From: Desulfocapsa sulfexigens DSM 10523 | GTDB taxonomy: Bacteria > Desulfobacterota > Desulfobulbia > Desulfobulbales > Desulfocapsaceae | Length of the DNA: 32,000 nucleotides | Direction of reading: 5' to 3' | Assembly (NCBI RefSeq): GCF_000341395.1 | Contig: NC_020304.1 | Coordinates: forward strand, 3,870,001 to 3,902,000 | Shown: positions 9,432-19,582 of the stretch, in pieces | Layout of the letters: each line of letters begins with the position of its first letter | Numbering within the stretch: position 1 is the stretch's first letter | Made by a program: the position numbers and the translations under genes | The notes under the pieces: generated by a model | The model's database searches: none | Told to the model about the DNA's origin: nothing | Seen by the model: only the letters and a program-made list of their open reading frames with translations

Positions 9432-10430
9432 CTACCCTGAGTGATTTCGTACCACTAAAACTTTATCTTCCTGATAATCCATACGGATAAAGGCCACATC
9501 CTCGATAATGGCCTTTCCTTTTTTCTTTTCATACAACACTTTCAAAACCCTGTGTAACTGAGAAAATTTTTTCTCCACCTCTCCTTTTCCAAAATAAATA
9601 GGAAAAGGATGCTCAACTAGATAGACTATCAGTTCACCTTCTGGAGTGAAATGAATCTCCGAAATATTCTGGGCAGGAAGATTTGGATTATTTTGGCTAG
9701 CCAGTCGTAAAAAAGTGGACGCAGCGTCAAGTGATTGTTTCTTCACTATTTCTGCCTCAACAAGATCAAGCCCTGTGATGACAGGAAAATCCAAATCCTG
9801 TCCTGAAGCTACCGTCGCAAAAAGAACTCCTCTGCCATCAAGATACTGAAATCCATTTTCTTCCCCATGAGCAACCAGGGCCTGAGGACGATATTCTTTT
9901 ATCGAAATCAACAAACCATCTGGCCATATTCGCCGTATTTTTGCCTGTTCAACCCATGGATGCCTCTCAAGACGCTCCTTTATGGCTCCAGGTTGCAAAG
10001 TCAACATATTCATTTCATATGTGATATCTGCATACTTTCTCAGTTCTTTGGCATTTGTTACCACACAGCCACTGATTTCAATCTCATGGACACGAAAATA
10101 GAGCAAATCCCCGAAGAGAGTCCGCCACGACCCAAGCGTGAGGAAGTATCCTGCCGCAACAAGGATCCCTGTCAACAACAGAAGCTTAAAGGGAGCCCTC
10201 TTTCTCCTGTTATCTTTCTCAGCCCCAAGCCCCATACTCTGCCGACCACGCCCTTCTTTCCTTGTCTGCCATTTTTCTCGTACACTTTTCCTTCTTGCAG
10301 TTGTGTTCAGATCTTTTGCCTGATAGCCCTGCTGGGTGATCTTTCTCGAAAGAACAGACATTTCACTGTCTTTCTTTTTTTTTCTCACAAAAAGCACTCT
10401 GAGATTGGCAAATACTGATCGTTTCTTCAT
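9432..10430 (-). CDS. ftsQ: Cell division protein FtsQ
   Basis: Short cytoplasmic basic region, one TM, POTRA domain (EIEISGCVVTNAKEL...HPWVEQAKIRRIWPDGLLISIKEYRP). Position between murB and ftsA. Confidence 0.92.
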   Translation of the reverse strand: MKKRSVFANLRVLFVRKKKKDSEMSVLSRKITQQGYQAKDLNTTARRKSVREKWQTRKEGRGRQSMGLGAEKDNRRKRAPFKLLLLTGILVAAGYFLTLGSWRTLFGDLLYFRVHEIEISGCVVTNAKELRKYADITYEMNMLTLQPGAIKERLERHPWVEQAKIRRIWPDGLLISIKEYRPQALVAHGEENGFQYLDGRGVLFATVASGQDLDFPVITGLDLVEAEIVKKQSLDAASTFLRLASQNNPNLPAQNISEIHFTPEGELIVYLVEHPFPIYFGKGEVEKKFSQLHRVLKVLYEKKKGKAIIEDVAFIRMDYQEDKVLVVRNHSG

Positions 10431-10445
10431 CTTTTCATCAGTTGT

Positions 10446-11378
10446 TTAGAGAAAGTGTACTTCTGGAAAAAGGTGAATGCCACTATCTTTTTCAACCTGT
10501 TCAGTAACAATATCCATAAGCTGACACACATCTCCGGCTGTGGCTGTCCCGGTGTTAACGATAAAATTCGCATGGACCGGAGATATCATGGCGCCACCGC
10601 AACATCTCCCTTTCAGACCCGACGCTTCAATAAGGCGCCCCGCAGAATCACCATTGGGATTTTTGAAAAATGATCCTGCATTTTTTTCTATCCTGGGTTG
10701 TTTTTCCTTACGCATCTGAACATTTTCGCGACAACGTTTCTGGACAGATACCTTAGTTTCAGGAACGAGGGATAAATCAACCGAGACTACTATTCGTTTT
10801 TTCTCAGCATCCCCTTGATTTGCCCAGAGCCTATAAGTAAATTCAAGCTCATCCCGGTTCAAAGTCTCGACACCAGCCGCTGAAGACATGACATCAAGAG
10901 CAGCTACAACTCCTGCAATTTCCTCACCCATAGCCCCTGCATTCATTACCACTGCCCCGCCGACAGATCCTGGAATTCCAGCGGCAAACTCAAGTCCGGA
11001 ATAGCCGCGTTCAGTACACCAGTTCAAAAGCTTTGCCAGACTGCATCCTGCTCCGACTCTGATACGGATCGATTCTGCTCCTGGTTCCGTCAGGTCCTCT
11101 ATCTCAGAAAGTTCCTTTCCAAACAAAAGAACTACTCCGGCAAAACCGCCATCGGAAACAAGGAGATTGCTCCCTCTCCCGATAAAACGCCATGCAAGAT
11201 CATTCTCGGCAAAACATTTCAGCAACCTGCCCAGTTCCGCAACACTTTCAACCACAATAAGAGCGTCCGCCGGCCCTCCAATTCCAAAGGAAGTATAGGG
11301 CGCAAGTGGACAATCCCATTTCACGTCCCCTTCTGCAACTGTTATGATGCGTTCCCGCAGGTTCCTTGCTATGGTCAT
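10446..11378 (-). CDS. murB: UDP-N-acetylenolpyruvoylglucosamine reductase
   Basis: TSFGIGGPAD, FIGRGSNLLVSD, GLEFAAGIPGSVGGAVVMNAGA, NAGSFFKNP, HANFIVN. Confidence 0.96.
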   Translation of the reverse strand: MTIARNLRERIITVAEGDVKWDCPLAPYTSFGIGGPADALIVVESVAELGRLLKCFAENDLAWRFIGRGSNLLVSDGGFAGVVLLFGKELSEIEDLTEPGAESIRIRVGAGCSLAKLLNWCTERGYSGLEFAAGIPGSVGGAVVMNAGAMGEEIAGVVAALDVMSSAAGVETLNRDELEFTYRLWANQGDAEKKRIVVSVDLSLVPETKVSVQKRCRENVQMRKEKQPRIEKNAGSFFKNPNGDSAGRLIEASGLKGRCCGGAMISPVHANFIVNTGTATAGDVCQLMDIVTEQVEKDSGIHLFPEVHFL

Positions 11379-12763
11379 TCCCGCTTCTCTTCCTCGATCA
11401 GTGCGACCAGGGCTTCACCGGCAAGAACTATATTTCCAGCACCCAGGGTCAATACCAGGTCACCCTCGTTAAGTTCCGGCAATAGTGCCTCTGCCAGACC
11501 CTCAACACGAGAGGCAAATTTTGTCTTCCGCTGACCATGCTTTTTCACTTCATCAAGTAATATTTCGCCCGATATTCTTTCATCAGGGATTTCACTTGCC
11601 GCATAAATTTCTGTCATCACCAAATAGTCAGCCTGATGGAAACAGGTTCTGAACTCCTCGAGTAGAGCCAGAGTTCTGCTGTACCTGTGTGGCTGAAAGA
11701 GGACGACCAGTCTCTTCTCAGGCCACCCCTCTTTAATAGCAGCCAGGGTGGCTCTGATTTCTGTCGGGTGATGCCCATAGTCATCAATTACCGTAATTCC
11801 ACGCCCCTTCCCTTTCAGCTGCATGCGTCGTTGAACACCCTGAAATGTGGCAAGCGCTTTACTAATGGTCTCAAAGGGAATTGCCAGTTCCAAACCGACA
11901 CAGATAGCCGCCAGTGCATTATAGACATTGTGTCTCCCTGCAAGCGAGAGGTCTATAGATCCCAGCGATTCGCCTTTGTGGCGTACAGCAAATTTCACCC
12001 GGCCATTTCCCGGTTCAATATGATCGGCCATAAGATCGGCCTGAGCGGTCAAACCATAGGTTATCTTACGTTTCTTGATCCTTGGAAGGATATCTGCAAT
12101 ATTCGCATCATCAAGACAGACAATAACCGCACCATAAAAAGGAATTCTGTCAATAAACTCGAGGAACGTTGCCTTAATATGGTCAATATCTTTGTAGTGA
12201 TCCATATGTTCCAGATCAATATTGGTGACCACCTCAAGAACCGGAGATAATTTAAGGAAGGAGCCATCGCTTTCATCAGCCTCCGCCACCAGGAATTCGC
12301 CCTGCCCAAGTTTTGCATTCCCCCCGAGGCTGTCCACCTTCCCGCCCACAACAATAGTGGGATCAAGATTCGCCACATGCATCATCCAGCTCACCATAGA
12401 GGTGGTCGATGTTTTGCCATGACTGCCGGCAATGGCTATACCAAATTTTTTAAGACGCATCAGTTCCGCAAGCATCTCTGCCCGCTGAATCACCGGAATC
12501 TCTGCGGCAAGTGCTGTCACAACCTCTGGATTATCTTTTGTGATGGCAGAAGAAGTAACCACAACATCTGCCCCTTTGACCCATCGTCCGTCATGCCCCT
12601 TGTGAATTGTACCACCAATAGATTCCAGGTTCCTGGTTGTAACAGAATCATTCAAATCAGAACCGGAAACCTCATAGCCGAGATTCAGAAGAAGTTCTGC
12701 AATGCCGCTCATTCCTATACCGCCGACACCGACAAAGTGTATTTTTTTTGTTTTGTTGTACAT
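11375..12763 (-). CDS. murC: UDP-N-acetylmuramate--L-alanine ligase
   Basis: IHFVGVGGIGMSGIAELL, AGSHGKTSTTSM, NIDLEHMDHY. Track ORF extends to 12823, but MYNKTKKIHFVG (12763) is the likely start, which removes the overlap with murG. Confidence 0.95.
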   Translation of the reverse strand: MYNKTKKIHFVGVGGIGMSGIAELLLNLGYEVSGSDLNDSVTTRNLESIGGTIHKGHDGRWVKGADVVVTSSAITKDNPEVVTALAAEIPVIQRAEMLAELMRLKKFGIAIAGSHGKTSTTSMVSWMMHVANLDPTIVVGGKVDSLGGNAKLGQGEFLVAEADESDGSFLKLSPVLEVVTNIDLEHMDHYKDIDHIKATFLEFIDRIPFYGAVIVCLDDANIADILPRIKKRKITYGLTAQADLMADHIEPGNGRVKFAVRHKGESLGSIDLSLAGRHNVYNALAAICVGLELAIPFETISKALATFQGVQRRMQLKGKGRGITVIDDYGHHPTEIRATLAAIKEGWPEKRLVVLFQPHRYSRTLALLEEFRTCFHQADYLVMTEIYAASEIPDERISGEILLDEVKKHGQRKTKFASRVEGLAEALLPELNEGDLVLTLGAGNIVLAGEALVALIEEEKRE

Positions 12764-12786
12764 ATGATGAGAAGAGGTTTTCGGTT

Positions 12787-13893
12787 TTAGGGTTGCGGTG
12801 TGTGGTTTAATAATCCCAGACACTCATCGACTATATGTTCTGCAGCCTTTGGAAAGGCACGGCTTTTCATCGCCCTGCTCATTTTCTTCAGTTTGGCTGG
12901 ATTCTCAAAAAACTGCACCAGTTGTTCAGCCAGAACCTCGGCTGTAAGATCTCTCTCGACAAACATCAATGCCCCCCCGGCCTGCACGTAATACTCAGCG
13001 TTTTTTTCCTGGTGGTTATCTGCCGCATACGGATAAGGAATAAGTAGAGCCGGTTTTCCCAGAACCGCAAGCTCTGCAAGGGTAGTCGCTCCAGCACGCG
13101 AAACCAGCAGGTCTGCCTCTTTGTAGATGGCTGCCATATCTGTGAAAAATGGAGCAACTGTGGCATCCACACCATTCCTTTTATAAATCGCCTCAACTTC
13201 TTCAGCATCTTCTGGCCCGGTCTGATGAATCACCCTGATGTTCTTCAGGCCTGACAAGCCAAGAGTAAAGGCGGTGCTCACAAGTTCGTTCACTCGATGA
13301 GCCCCAAGACTGCCTCCAAGAACGAGGAGTACGAGAGGTTTGTCGTCTGGACTATCTCCACTTTCAGACAATTTGAGAATTTCACTGCGTACGGGATTGC
13401 CGGTAAGCACCGTCTTCTCTTGAGGAAAAGACCTTTCACTTCCGGGCAGAGAAAGACATATTCGAGCAACCATTGTTCCAAGCTTTCTGTTAGCAAGCCC
13501 AGGGATTGAATTCTGTTCATGAATAAGGGTTGGCTTACCAAAAAATTTTGCAGCTATCATCACCGGACCTGTCACATAGCCACCCACCCCCACCACAATA
13601 TCTGGTTTGAAACGGAGAATATGATACATGGCCTCCAGGCACGAAACAGGCAATACCAGTATTCCAAGTAGAAGACTCAAAAGATTCTTTCCCTTTAATC
13701 CTTTGGAATGAATGGAACAGGTTGCATACCCATACTGTTCAAGACCTGCTTTATCCATTCGTCTTCCGGTTCCGACAAAAAGCACTTCAGTACCCGGCAA
13801 TCGTTCACACATGGCTTCAGCAGTGGCAATTGCCGGAAACAGATGTCCTCCGGTACCACCGCCAGTGAGCATAAGTCGGATGGGAGTAGTCAT
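12787..13893 (-). CDS. murG: UDP-N-acetylglucosamine--N-acetylmuramyl-(pentapeptide) pyrophosphoryl-undecaprenol N-acetylglucosamine transferase
   Basis: LTGGGTGGHLFPAIA, VGVGGYVTGP, HEQNSIPGLANR, LVSRAGATTLAEL, PALLIPYP. Confidence 0.97.
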   Translation of the reverse strand: MTTPIRLMLTGGGTGGHLFPAIATAEAMCERLPGTEVLFVGTGRRMDKAGLEQYGYATCSIHSKGLKGKNLLSLLLGILVLPVSCLEAMYHILRFKPDIVVGVGGYVTGPVMIAAKFFGKPTLIHEQNSIPGLANRKLGTMVARICLSLPGSERSFPQEKTVLTGNPVRSEILKLSESGDSPDDKPLVLLVLGGSLGAHRVNELVSTAFTLGLSGLKNIRVIHQTGPEDAEEVEAIYKRNGVDATVAPFFTDMAAIYKEADLLVSRAGATTLAELAVLGKPALLIPYPYAADNHQEKNAEYYVQAGGALMFVERDLTAEVLAEQLVQFFENPAKLKKMSRAMKSRAFPKAAEHIVDECLGLLNHTPQP

Positions 13894-15278
13894 CAGACTC
13901 GCCTTCCTTCATCGTCATTCAAGGCAAGCACCGCCTGCATAAAAACCTCTCCACGATGCCCGTAATTATCAAACATATCAAAGCTTGAGCATGCTGGTGC
14001 CAGTAAAACTATTTCTCCGGGTTGGGCACTGTCTGCCGCCAGAGACACGGCATCTTCCATGGAATCAGCACGGAGAACGGGTACGGTTCCCTCCATAGCA
14101 TCTGCTATTGCACCTGCAGCTTCTCCAATCAGGATGAGCTTTTCGACTTTCTCCAGAACAAACTCTTTTAATACCGTGTAATCCTCTCCCTTGTCGCGAC
14201 CACCGGCAATAAGAATAACCCCCTTGGAAAAAGAGCAAAGGGCGCTGATGACAGCCCCTGTGTTTGTTGCTTTGGAGTCGTTGTAGTAGTCCACGCCCTT
14301 CCTCAGTCTCACATGCTGCAATCTGTGATCGGCTGGAGCAAAGTATTTCAGGCCATTTGCTATATCATTCTTTTCACAGCCAAGAAGTGAAACGGCAAGT
14401 ATTGCAGCACAGCTGTTAAGCATTCCCGTGTGGGAATCAAGTTTTGTCCCAGCTAACTCATAACTATCTGTTCTATCCGGCAAAGTTATACAGACCTTCC
14501 TGTCGTTACCCGTTGCCGCACAATTACTTGCCGGATTCCCAAAACAATATACTTCCTGCCCGTTCAGCAGTTCCCGTACATGAAGACACATTGGATCGTC
14601 ACTGCAGAGTATCGCCTTATCATCTGCTTTTTGGTGCACAAACATCTTCATTTTTGCGGCAGCGTAATTGACCATACTCCCGTGGCGATCAAGATGATCC
14701 GGTGTGATATTCAATAACACGCCGATGTGAGGACAAAAGCTCCCTGCTGACTCAAGTTGGAAACTGGAAAGCTCAAGCACCAGATAATCCGCACGCTCAT
14801 CACCGAGTAAATAGTTCAGTACAGGTGTGCCGATATTACCGCCAACAAAAACTTTTTTTCCAGAGGCCCGAAGTAGCTCCCCAATCAGTGCCGTCACTGT
14901 GGTTTTCCCATTCGTTCCTGTCACTGCCACCACACATTCGGTGATATACGGAGCAGCAAGTGCAAGTTCGCCCAGAATTGGAATATGCTCTTCCCGCAGT
15001 TCATTCAGGAGTGGCAGGTCAGTTGAAACCCCTGGACTAATCGCTACAAAATCTCCACGGGACAGAAATTCTTTACTGTGCCCACCACTCTCAAAGGAGA
15101 TATCATTTTTTTTTAGATACTCCTGATCTTCCTGAGGCAGAGCACTAAAGACGCGCCTGTCACTTACAGAAACCTGCGCCTCCCTGCTCAAAAGAAATTC
15201 CAACATCGCCCGGCCGGATATCCCAAGGCCAATAACAACGGCATGTTGGCCGGGTTTTATTTTCTGTCCAATTTCCAT
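13893..15278 (-). CDS. murD: UDP-N-acetylmuramoylalanine--D-glutamate ligase
   Basis: VVIGLGISGRA, AVTGTNGKTTVTALIGE, LELSSFQLE, NITPDHLDRH, YNDSKATN. Confidence 0.97.
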   Translation of the reverse strand: MEIGQKIKPGQHAVVIGLGISGRAMLEFLLSREAQVSVSDRRVFSALPQEDQEYLKKNDISFESGGHSKEFLSRGDFVAISPGVSTDLPLLNELREEHIPILGELALAAPYITECVVAVTGTNGKTTVTALIGELLRASGKKVFVGGNIGTPVLNYLLGDERADYLVLELSSFQLESAGSFCPHIGVLLNITPDHLDRHGSMVNYAAAKMKMFVHQKADDKAILCSDDPMCLHVRELLNGQEVYCFGNPASNCAATGNDRKVCITLPDRTDSYELAGTKLDSHTGMLNSCAAILAVSLLGCEKNDIANGLKYFAPADHRLQHVRLRKGVDYYNDSKATNTGAVISALCSFSKGVILIAGGRDKGEDYTVLKEFVLEKVEKLILIGEAAGAIADAMEGTVPVLRADSMEDAVSLAADSAQPGEIVLLAPACSSFDMFDNYGHRGEVFMQAVLALNDDEGRRV

Positions 15279-16357
15279 CAGCGCATTTTTAAGGTTGCTA
15301 CAGCAAAAAGACCAAGAATTACAGAAACAATCCAGAATCTGACCACGACCTTGGGCTCATGCCATCCTTTCTTCTCAAAATGATGGTGAAAAGGTGCCAT
15401 CAGGAAAATTCGTTTACCGTGGCTGAGCTTAAAATATCCAACCTGGAGGATGACAGAAAGTGCTTCCATAACAAATATTCCACCAACGATGGCCAGAAGT
15501 ATTTCCTGCTTGATAATTATGGCAACACCGCCAAGAGCGCCACCGAGGGCAAGAGACCCCACGTCACCCATAAATATCTGCGCGGGATAGGCATTAAACC
15601 ACAAAAATCCCAGACAGCCACCGACCATTGCCCCACAGAACACAGCAAGTTCTCCAGCACCCTGGACATAGGGAATCTGGAGGTAGTCTGCCAGTACCAC
15701 ATGGCCGGCAAGGTAGGAAAAAACGAGATACACGGCTGCGGAAATAACCGTGGGACCTGCCGCCAGACCATCAAGGCCATCTGTAAGATTTACGGCATTC
15801 GAGGAACCCACAATAACAAGGACTGCAAAAACAATGTAAAACCATGACAAATCAGGTTGAATATTCTTCAGGAAAGGGACACTCAGGAGACCATCATATC
15901 CCGGATGCAGCAGAACAAACAATCCCACCACCGAGGCACCAAATATCTGCAACAGAAGCTTCCCTCTCGCACTCAACCCGGCACTGGTCATTTTTCTGAT
16001 CTTTTGATAATCATCAATGCCACCAATAAAGCCAAAAAACAGAACCACAAACAACAGCAGCCACACCAGCGGATTATCAAGTCTTGCCCAAAGCAGAGTC
16101 GAGAATGTTATTGCTGTAAGAATCAGTACCCCGCCCATGGTAGGCACTCCCTGTTTGGCAAGATGGGTTTCCGGCCCGTCGTCACGAACTACCTGACCGA
16201 TCTGATACTGTTTGAGCTTTCTTATAAACCAGGGTCCCAGAAGGAGCATTATAAGAAAAGCGGTAACCGCACCTCCAATTGAACGCACGGTGATATAGCG
16301 AAAAACGTTAAATGCACCAATACTGTTACTGAGGGGATAGAGCAGATGATACAACAT
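15278..16357 (-). CDS. mraY: Phospho-N-acetylmuramoyl-pentapeptide-transferase
   Basis: [57 protein letters not shown]. Confidence 0.98.
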   Translation of the reverse strand: MLYHLLYPLSNSIGAFNVFRYITVRSIGGAVTAFLIMLLLGPWFIRKLKQYQIGQVVRDDGPETHLAKQGVPTMGGVLILTAITFSTLLWARLDNPLVWLLLFVVLFFGFIGGIDDYQKIRKMTSAGLSARGKLLLQIFGASVVGLFVLLHPGYDGLLSVPFLKNIQPDLSWFYIVFAVLVIVGSSNAVNLTDGLDGLAAGPTVISAAVYLVFSYLAGHVVLADYLQIPYVQGAGELAVFCGAMVGGCLGFLWFNAYPAQIFMGDVGSLALGGALGGVAIIIKQEILLAIVGGIFVMEALSVILQVGYFKLSHGKRIFLMAPFHHHFEKKGWHEPKVVVRFWIVSVILGLFAVATLKMR

Positions 16358-19300
16358 TCAATGTTCTCCGTTGAGTCCTTCAACAATTTCTTCAAGGCGC
16401 ATACCACGTGATCCTTTCACCAGAATATAACTTCCCGGGTTGATAGCTCCGCTATTGCAAAGCCCATGCAACCAGGAAATACATCCCTCCTTATTCTCAA
16501 AAACATGAACCCGCTTCCTGTTCATGCCATTTTCAATGGCTCCGTTTGCAGTTGATTCTGCAAAGGCTCCGAGGACAGCCAGAAAATCTATCCCGGCTGT
16601 GGCAACCACCTCACCAATCCCCCTGTGCAGGGCTGCACTATTCGGCCCCAGTTCCAGCATATCACCGAGAACGGCTATACGAGTCCCACCTCCAAGCTCT
16701 TGGAGAGTTGCGATCCCCGCTTTCATGGACTCTGGATTTGCGTTATAGGTATCGTTAATGATACGACTGCCCGAAGGACCATCCACTATCTGCATTCGCC
16801 TCTCGGTTGGCTTGAACGCAGAAAGACCATCTCCAATATACTGTATATCAACACCTGCTGCAGTAGCAATTGCAGCAGCAGCCAGAGCATTGGAAATATT
16901 GTGAGCCCCAGCAACCTGAAGCGTTACCAGAATTTCCTGGTCATGCACATGGAGAACAAAAGAGAGATTCTCCCTATCCCCTGTTCTGCAGTCTGTTGCA
17001 TAGACATCGGGTACCCCAGGGCCGTTATCCACCATTCCAAAAACTATTTTTTCCTGACTGCAGCTCTCAGCAGCCTTTACCACCCTTGGATCATCACCAT
17101 TTACCACAAGAATGGTACCCTTGCCACTCCCTTGAAACAGCTCCGCTTTGGCCCTTGCCACCCCTTCAATATCACCCAATCCTTGCAGATGTGCACCATG
17201 GACATTAAGCACACAGGCTATATCGGGATCAGCGATTTCCGTCAACCTGGCAATCTCGCCAGGTGCATTCATTCCCATCTCAAGGATCACTACTTTGTGT
17301 TTTGGAGAAAGCGGAAGCAGCGACAGGGGAAGTCCAATCAAATTATTGAAATTCCCTTCAGTTTTAAGGACCCTTGCAGATGGAGCATCAGCCCGTTCAG
17401 GCCACTTTTCCTTGAAAATTGCAGCACTCATTTCCTTGACGGTCGTCTTGCCGCTACTTCCGGTAATAGCTATAACATCAGGAGCTGAGAGTTCTTTCAT
17501 GCATGCACGTCTGTAGCGGGCAAGATCGCCAAGTGCCCGTGTCGTATCTTTGACCTGCACCACGGGAACCGACAGGGAAGACTCGGGCAGGCGTTCCATG
17601 ATACAACAACCCGCTCCTGCCGTTACCACCTGCCCCACGTAGTCATGGCCATCAAAACGCTCCCCCTTCAATGCAACAAAAATATCAGCGGGCTGGATGG
17701 TTCTGGAATCTGTCCTTATGAAACCGAGTTTTTTTCGAGAGTCAAGATCACCAACGCACTCCCCTCCCGTTGCCTTAACCAGCGATTCGACCTTCCAGTC
17801 ACTTAGCACCTGAGCTGCTTCCAGGCTGTCATCAAAAAACTTCCTGCCCAAACGAGTCAACTGATAATCCTCATGCCCTTTCCCGGCAATGACCACAATA
17901 TCATCTCCAGCTGCGGCCGATATGGCGACCTGAATAGCCCGATGACGATCAGGTATAATCACAAAACCGCGATCATCAGATTTTCTTTGCACAAGCCATG
18001 GATAGCTCTGTTGCTGAATCGCTATCCCCCTGACAATATCACCAATTATAACCTCTGAATCCTCACTTCGTGGATTGTCATCGGTTACAATAACAACATC
18101 AGCATAGCTCCCTGCAACTGTTCCCATCAATGGTCGTTTTCCGGAATCCCTGTCGCCACCACATCCAAACACACAGTAGAGATTACTATGGGGAAGTCCT
18201 TTAACCGTTTTCAACACCTGCTCCAGAGCATCAGGTGTATGTGCATAATCGACAAAAACGGCAGGTCTGAACGATCGTTCATCTGGGATTACTGCAATCT
18301 GTTGAAGGCGTCCGGGAGCACCCTTTGCCTTATTGAGAGCAGCAGCAATGGTTACTGGTGATATTCCGGCAACCATGGCCATGGCATAGGCTGTTTGAAG
18401 ATTACTGACATTAAAATTTCCAACCAGAGGAGACACAAAAGAACAGATTCCGTTCGGTGTCTGAAGAGTCACCTCGGTTTTTCGGATATCACTGTTCACT
18501 GCAAGCGGAAAGATATCCCGTCCCTTCCCATCACCGCAACTAAGAACAGAAAATCCCTTTTCCAAACAGAGAGACTCCATTCTTGCACTCCAGTTCTCTT
18601 TTTGATCGGAGTAGGTTATAACAGCCTTTCCCTTGTCACGAAGATGATCTGTAAAAAGAAGGCTTTTCGCGGTAAAATAATTTTCCATGTCGCAATGGTA
18701 ATCGAGATGGTCTCGACTCAAATTGGTATAGGCTGCCACATCAAACTTAAGTGCTCCTATACGATTTTGCTCAAGGCCGTGTGAGGATATCTCCATAACC
18801 ACACTGTCAACTCCATCATCTGCCATTTTTCGCAGAGTCTGTTGGAGAAGTAAGGGTTCCGGTGTTGTAAAAGAGGACGGAATACGTATCAGTACACCTG
18901 AAGGGTCGTAGTAGCGGTAATCAACGGTTCCCAAAACCCCTGGCCTTTTCCCGCTCTCGCGTAAAATTGATTCGAGCAGGTAGGTGACACTGGTTTTTCC
19001 ATTGGTACCAGTGACACCAAACAGAGTCATGCTTGAAGAAGGATAGCAAAAAAGAATTTCCGCAAGCCTGCCATAACATTCCCGGCTATTAGTTGTCTCA
19101 TAGACACAAATTGCATGATTTTCAAACCGTTCACAGCTAACCCGTCCTTTTTCAATAAGCAGCGCAGAACAGTTCGAAGCAACGGCCTGATCAATAAAAT
19201 CATGGCCATCATTTACACTTCCAGAGAGAGCGATAAAAAGCGAACCTGATTTAACCTTGCGGGAATCAATGGTGATTTGGGTGATGGGACAATTGGAAGG

Positions 19301-19432
19301 AGTACCGGAAAGAAGGCTGAGCCCGAGTTTCCCGGCCACTATTGAAAAATCAAAATCCCCCAAGGAATACTCAACAGTACCGGGAACACTACAAACCCAG
19401 CTTTCCGCAATGCGATTCTGTTGTTTTTGAGA
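16358..19432 (-). CDS. murE-murF: Bifunctional MurE-MurF fusion (UDP-MurNAc-L-Ala-D-Glu--meso-DAP ligase / UDP-MurNAc-tripeptide--D-Ala-D-Ala ligase)
   Basis: MurE half (about 17806-19432): TIDSRKVKSGSLFIAL, GVTGTNGKTSVTYL, TDDNPRSED (DNPR, meso-DAP-type motif), GKGHEDYQ. MurF half (about 16358-17805): RTDSRTIQPADIFVALKGERFDGHDYV, AITGSSGKTTVKE, EMGMNAPGEIARL, NDTYNANPESM, VKGSRGMRLEE. Single uninterrupted ORF (track extends to 19498 from TTG). ATG at 19432 has an AGGA SD. Confidence 0.95.
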   Translation of the reverse strand, partial: SQKQQNRIAESWVCSVPGTVEYSLGDFDFSIVAGKLGLSLLSGTPSNCPITQITIDSRKVKSGSLFIALSGSVNDGHDFIDQAVASNCSALLIEKGRVSCERFENHAICVYETTNSRECYGRLAEILFCYPSSSMTLFGVTGTNGKTSVTYLLESILRESGKRPGVLGTVDYRYYDPSGVLIRIPSSFTTPEPLLLQQTLRKMADDGVDSVVMEISSHGLEQNRIGALKFDVAAYTNLSRDHLDYHCDMENYFTAKSLLFTDHLRDKGKAVITYSDQKENWSARMESLCLEKGFSVLSCGDGKGRDIFPLAVNSDIRKTEVTLQTPNGICSFVSPLVGNFNVSNLQTAYAMAMVAGISPVTIAAALNKAKGAPGRLQQIAVIPDERSFRPAVFVDYAHTPDALEQVLKTVKGLPHSNLYCVFGCGGDRDSGKRPLMGTVAGSYADVVIVTDDNPRSEDSEVIIGDIVRGIAIQQQSYPWLVQRKSDDRGFVIIPDRHRAIQVAISAAAGDDIVVIAGKGHEDYQLTRLGRKFFDDSLEAAQVLSDWKVESLVKATGGECVGDLDSRKKLGFIRTDSRTIQPADIFVALKGERFDGHDYVGQVVTAGAGCCIMERLPESSLSVPVVQVKDTTRALGDLARYRRACMKELSAPDVIAITGSSGKTTVKEMSAAIFKEKWPERADAPSARVLKTEGNFNNLIGLPLSLLPLSPKHKVVILEMGMNAPGEIARLTEIADPDIACVLNVHGAHLQGLGDIEGVARAKAELFQGSGKGTILVVNGDDPRVVKAAESCSQEKIVFGMVDNGPGVPDVYATDCRTGDRENLSFVLHVHDQEILVTLQVAGAHNISNALAAAAIATAAGVDIQYIGDGLSAFKPTERRMQIVDGPSGSRIINDTYNANPESMKAGIATLQELGGGTRIAVLGDMLELGPNSAALHRGIGEVVATAGIDFLAVLGAFAESTANGAIENGMNRKRVHVFENKEGCISWLHGLCNSGAINPGSYILVKGSRGMRLEEIVEGLNGEH

Positions 19433-19582
19433 CATTTCTTGTCCTGTTTCGGGCATGTAAATAGAAATACGTAAATAACCGGAATCATGCACCTTCAAAA
19501 TTCTTTCGAAGTTTACGTCTATCTTGCCATGTTTCGAAAAGAATTTGCTAAAAGTACTTTCGCACCCCTCAAGTGTGAGATG

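Noticed and set aside
12061-12378. 105-aa minus-strand ORF
   Set aside because: Alternative frame inside murC; composition resembles an out-of-frame translation.
15517-15780. 87-aa minus-strand ORF
   Set aside because: Alternative frame inside mraY on the same strand; no supporting motif.
16625-17488. 287-aa plus-strand ORF
   Set aside because: Antisense to the MurF half of the murE-murF fusion, with no recognisable motif or family character.
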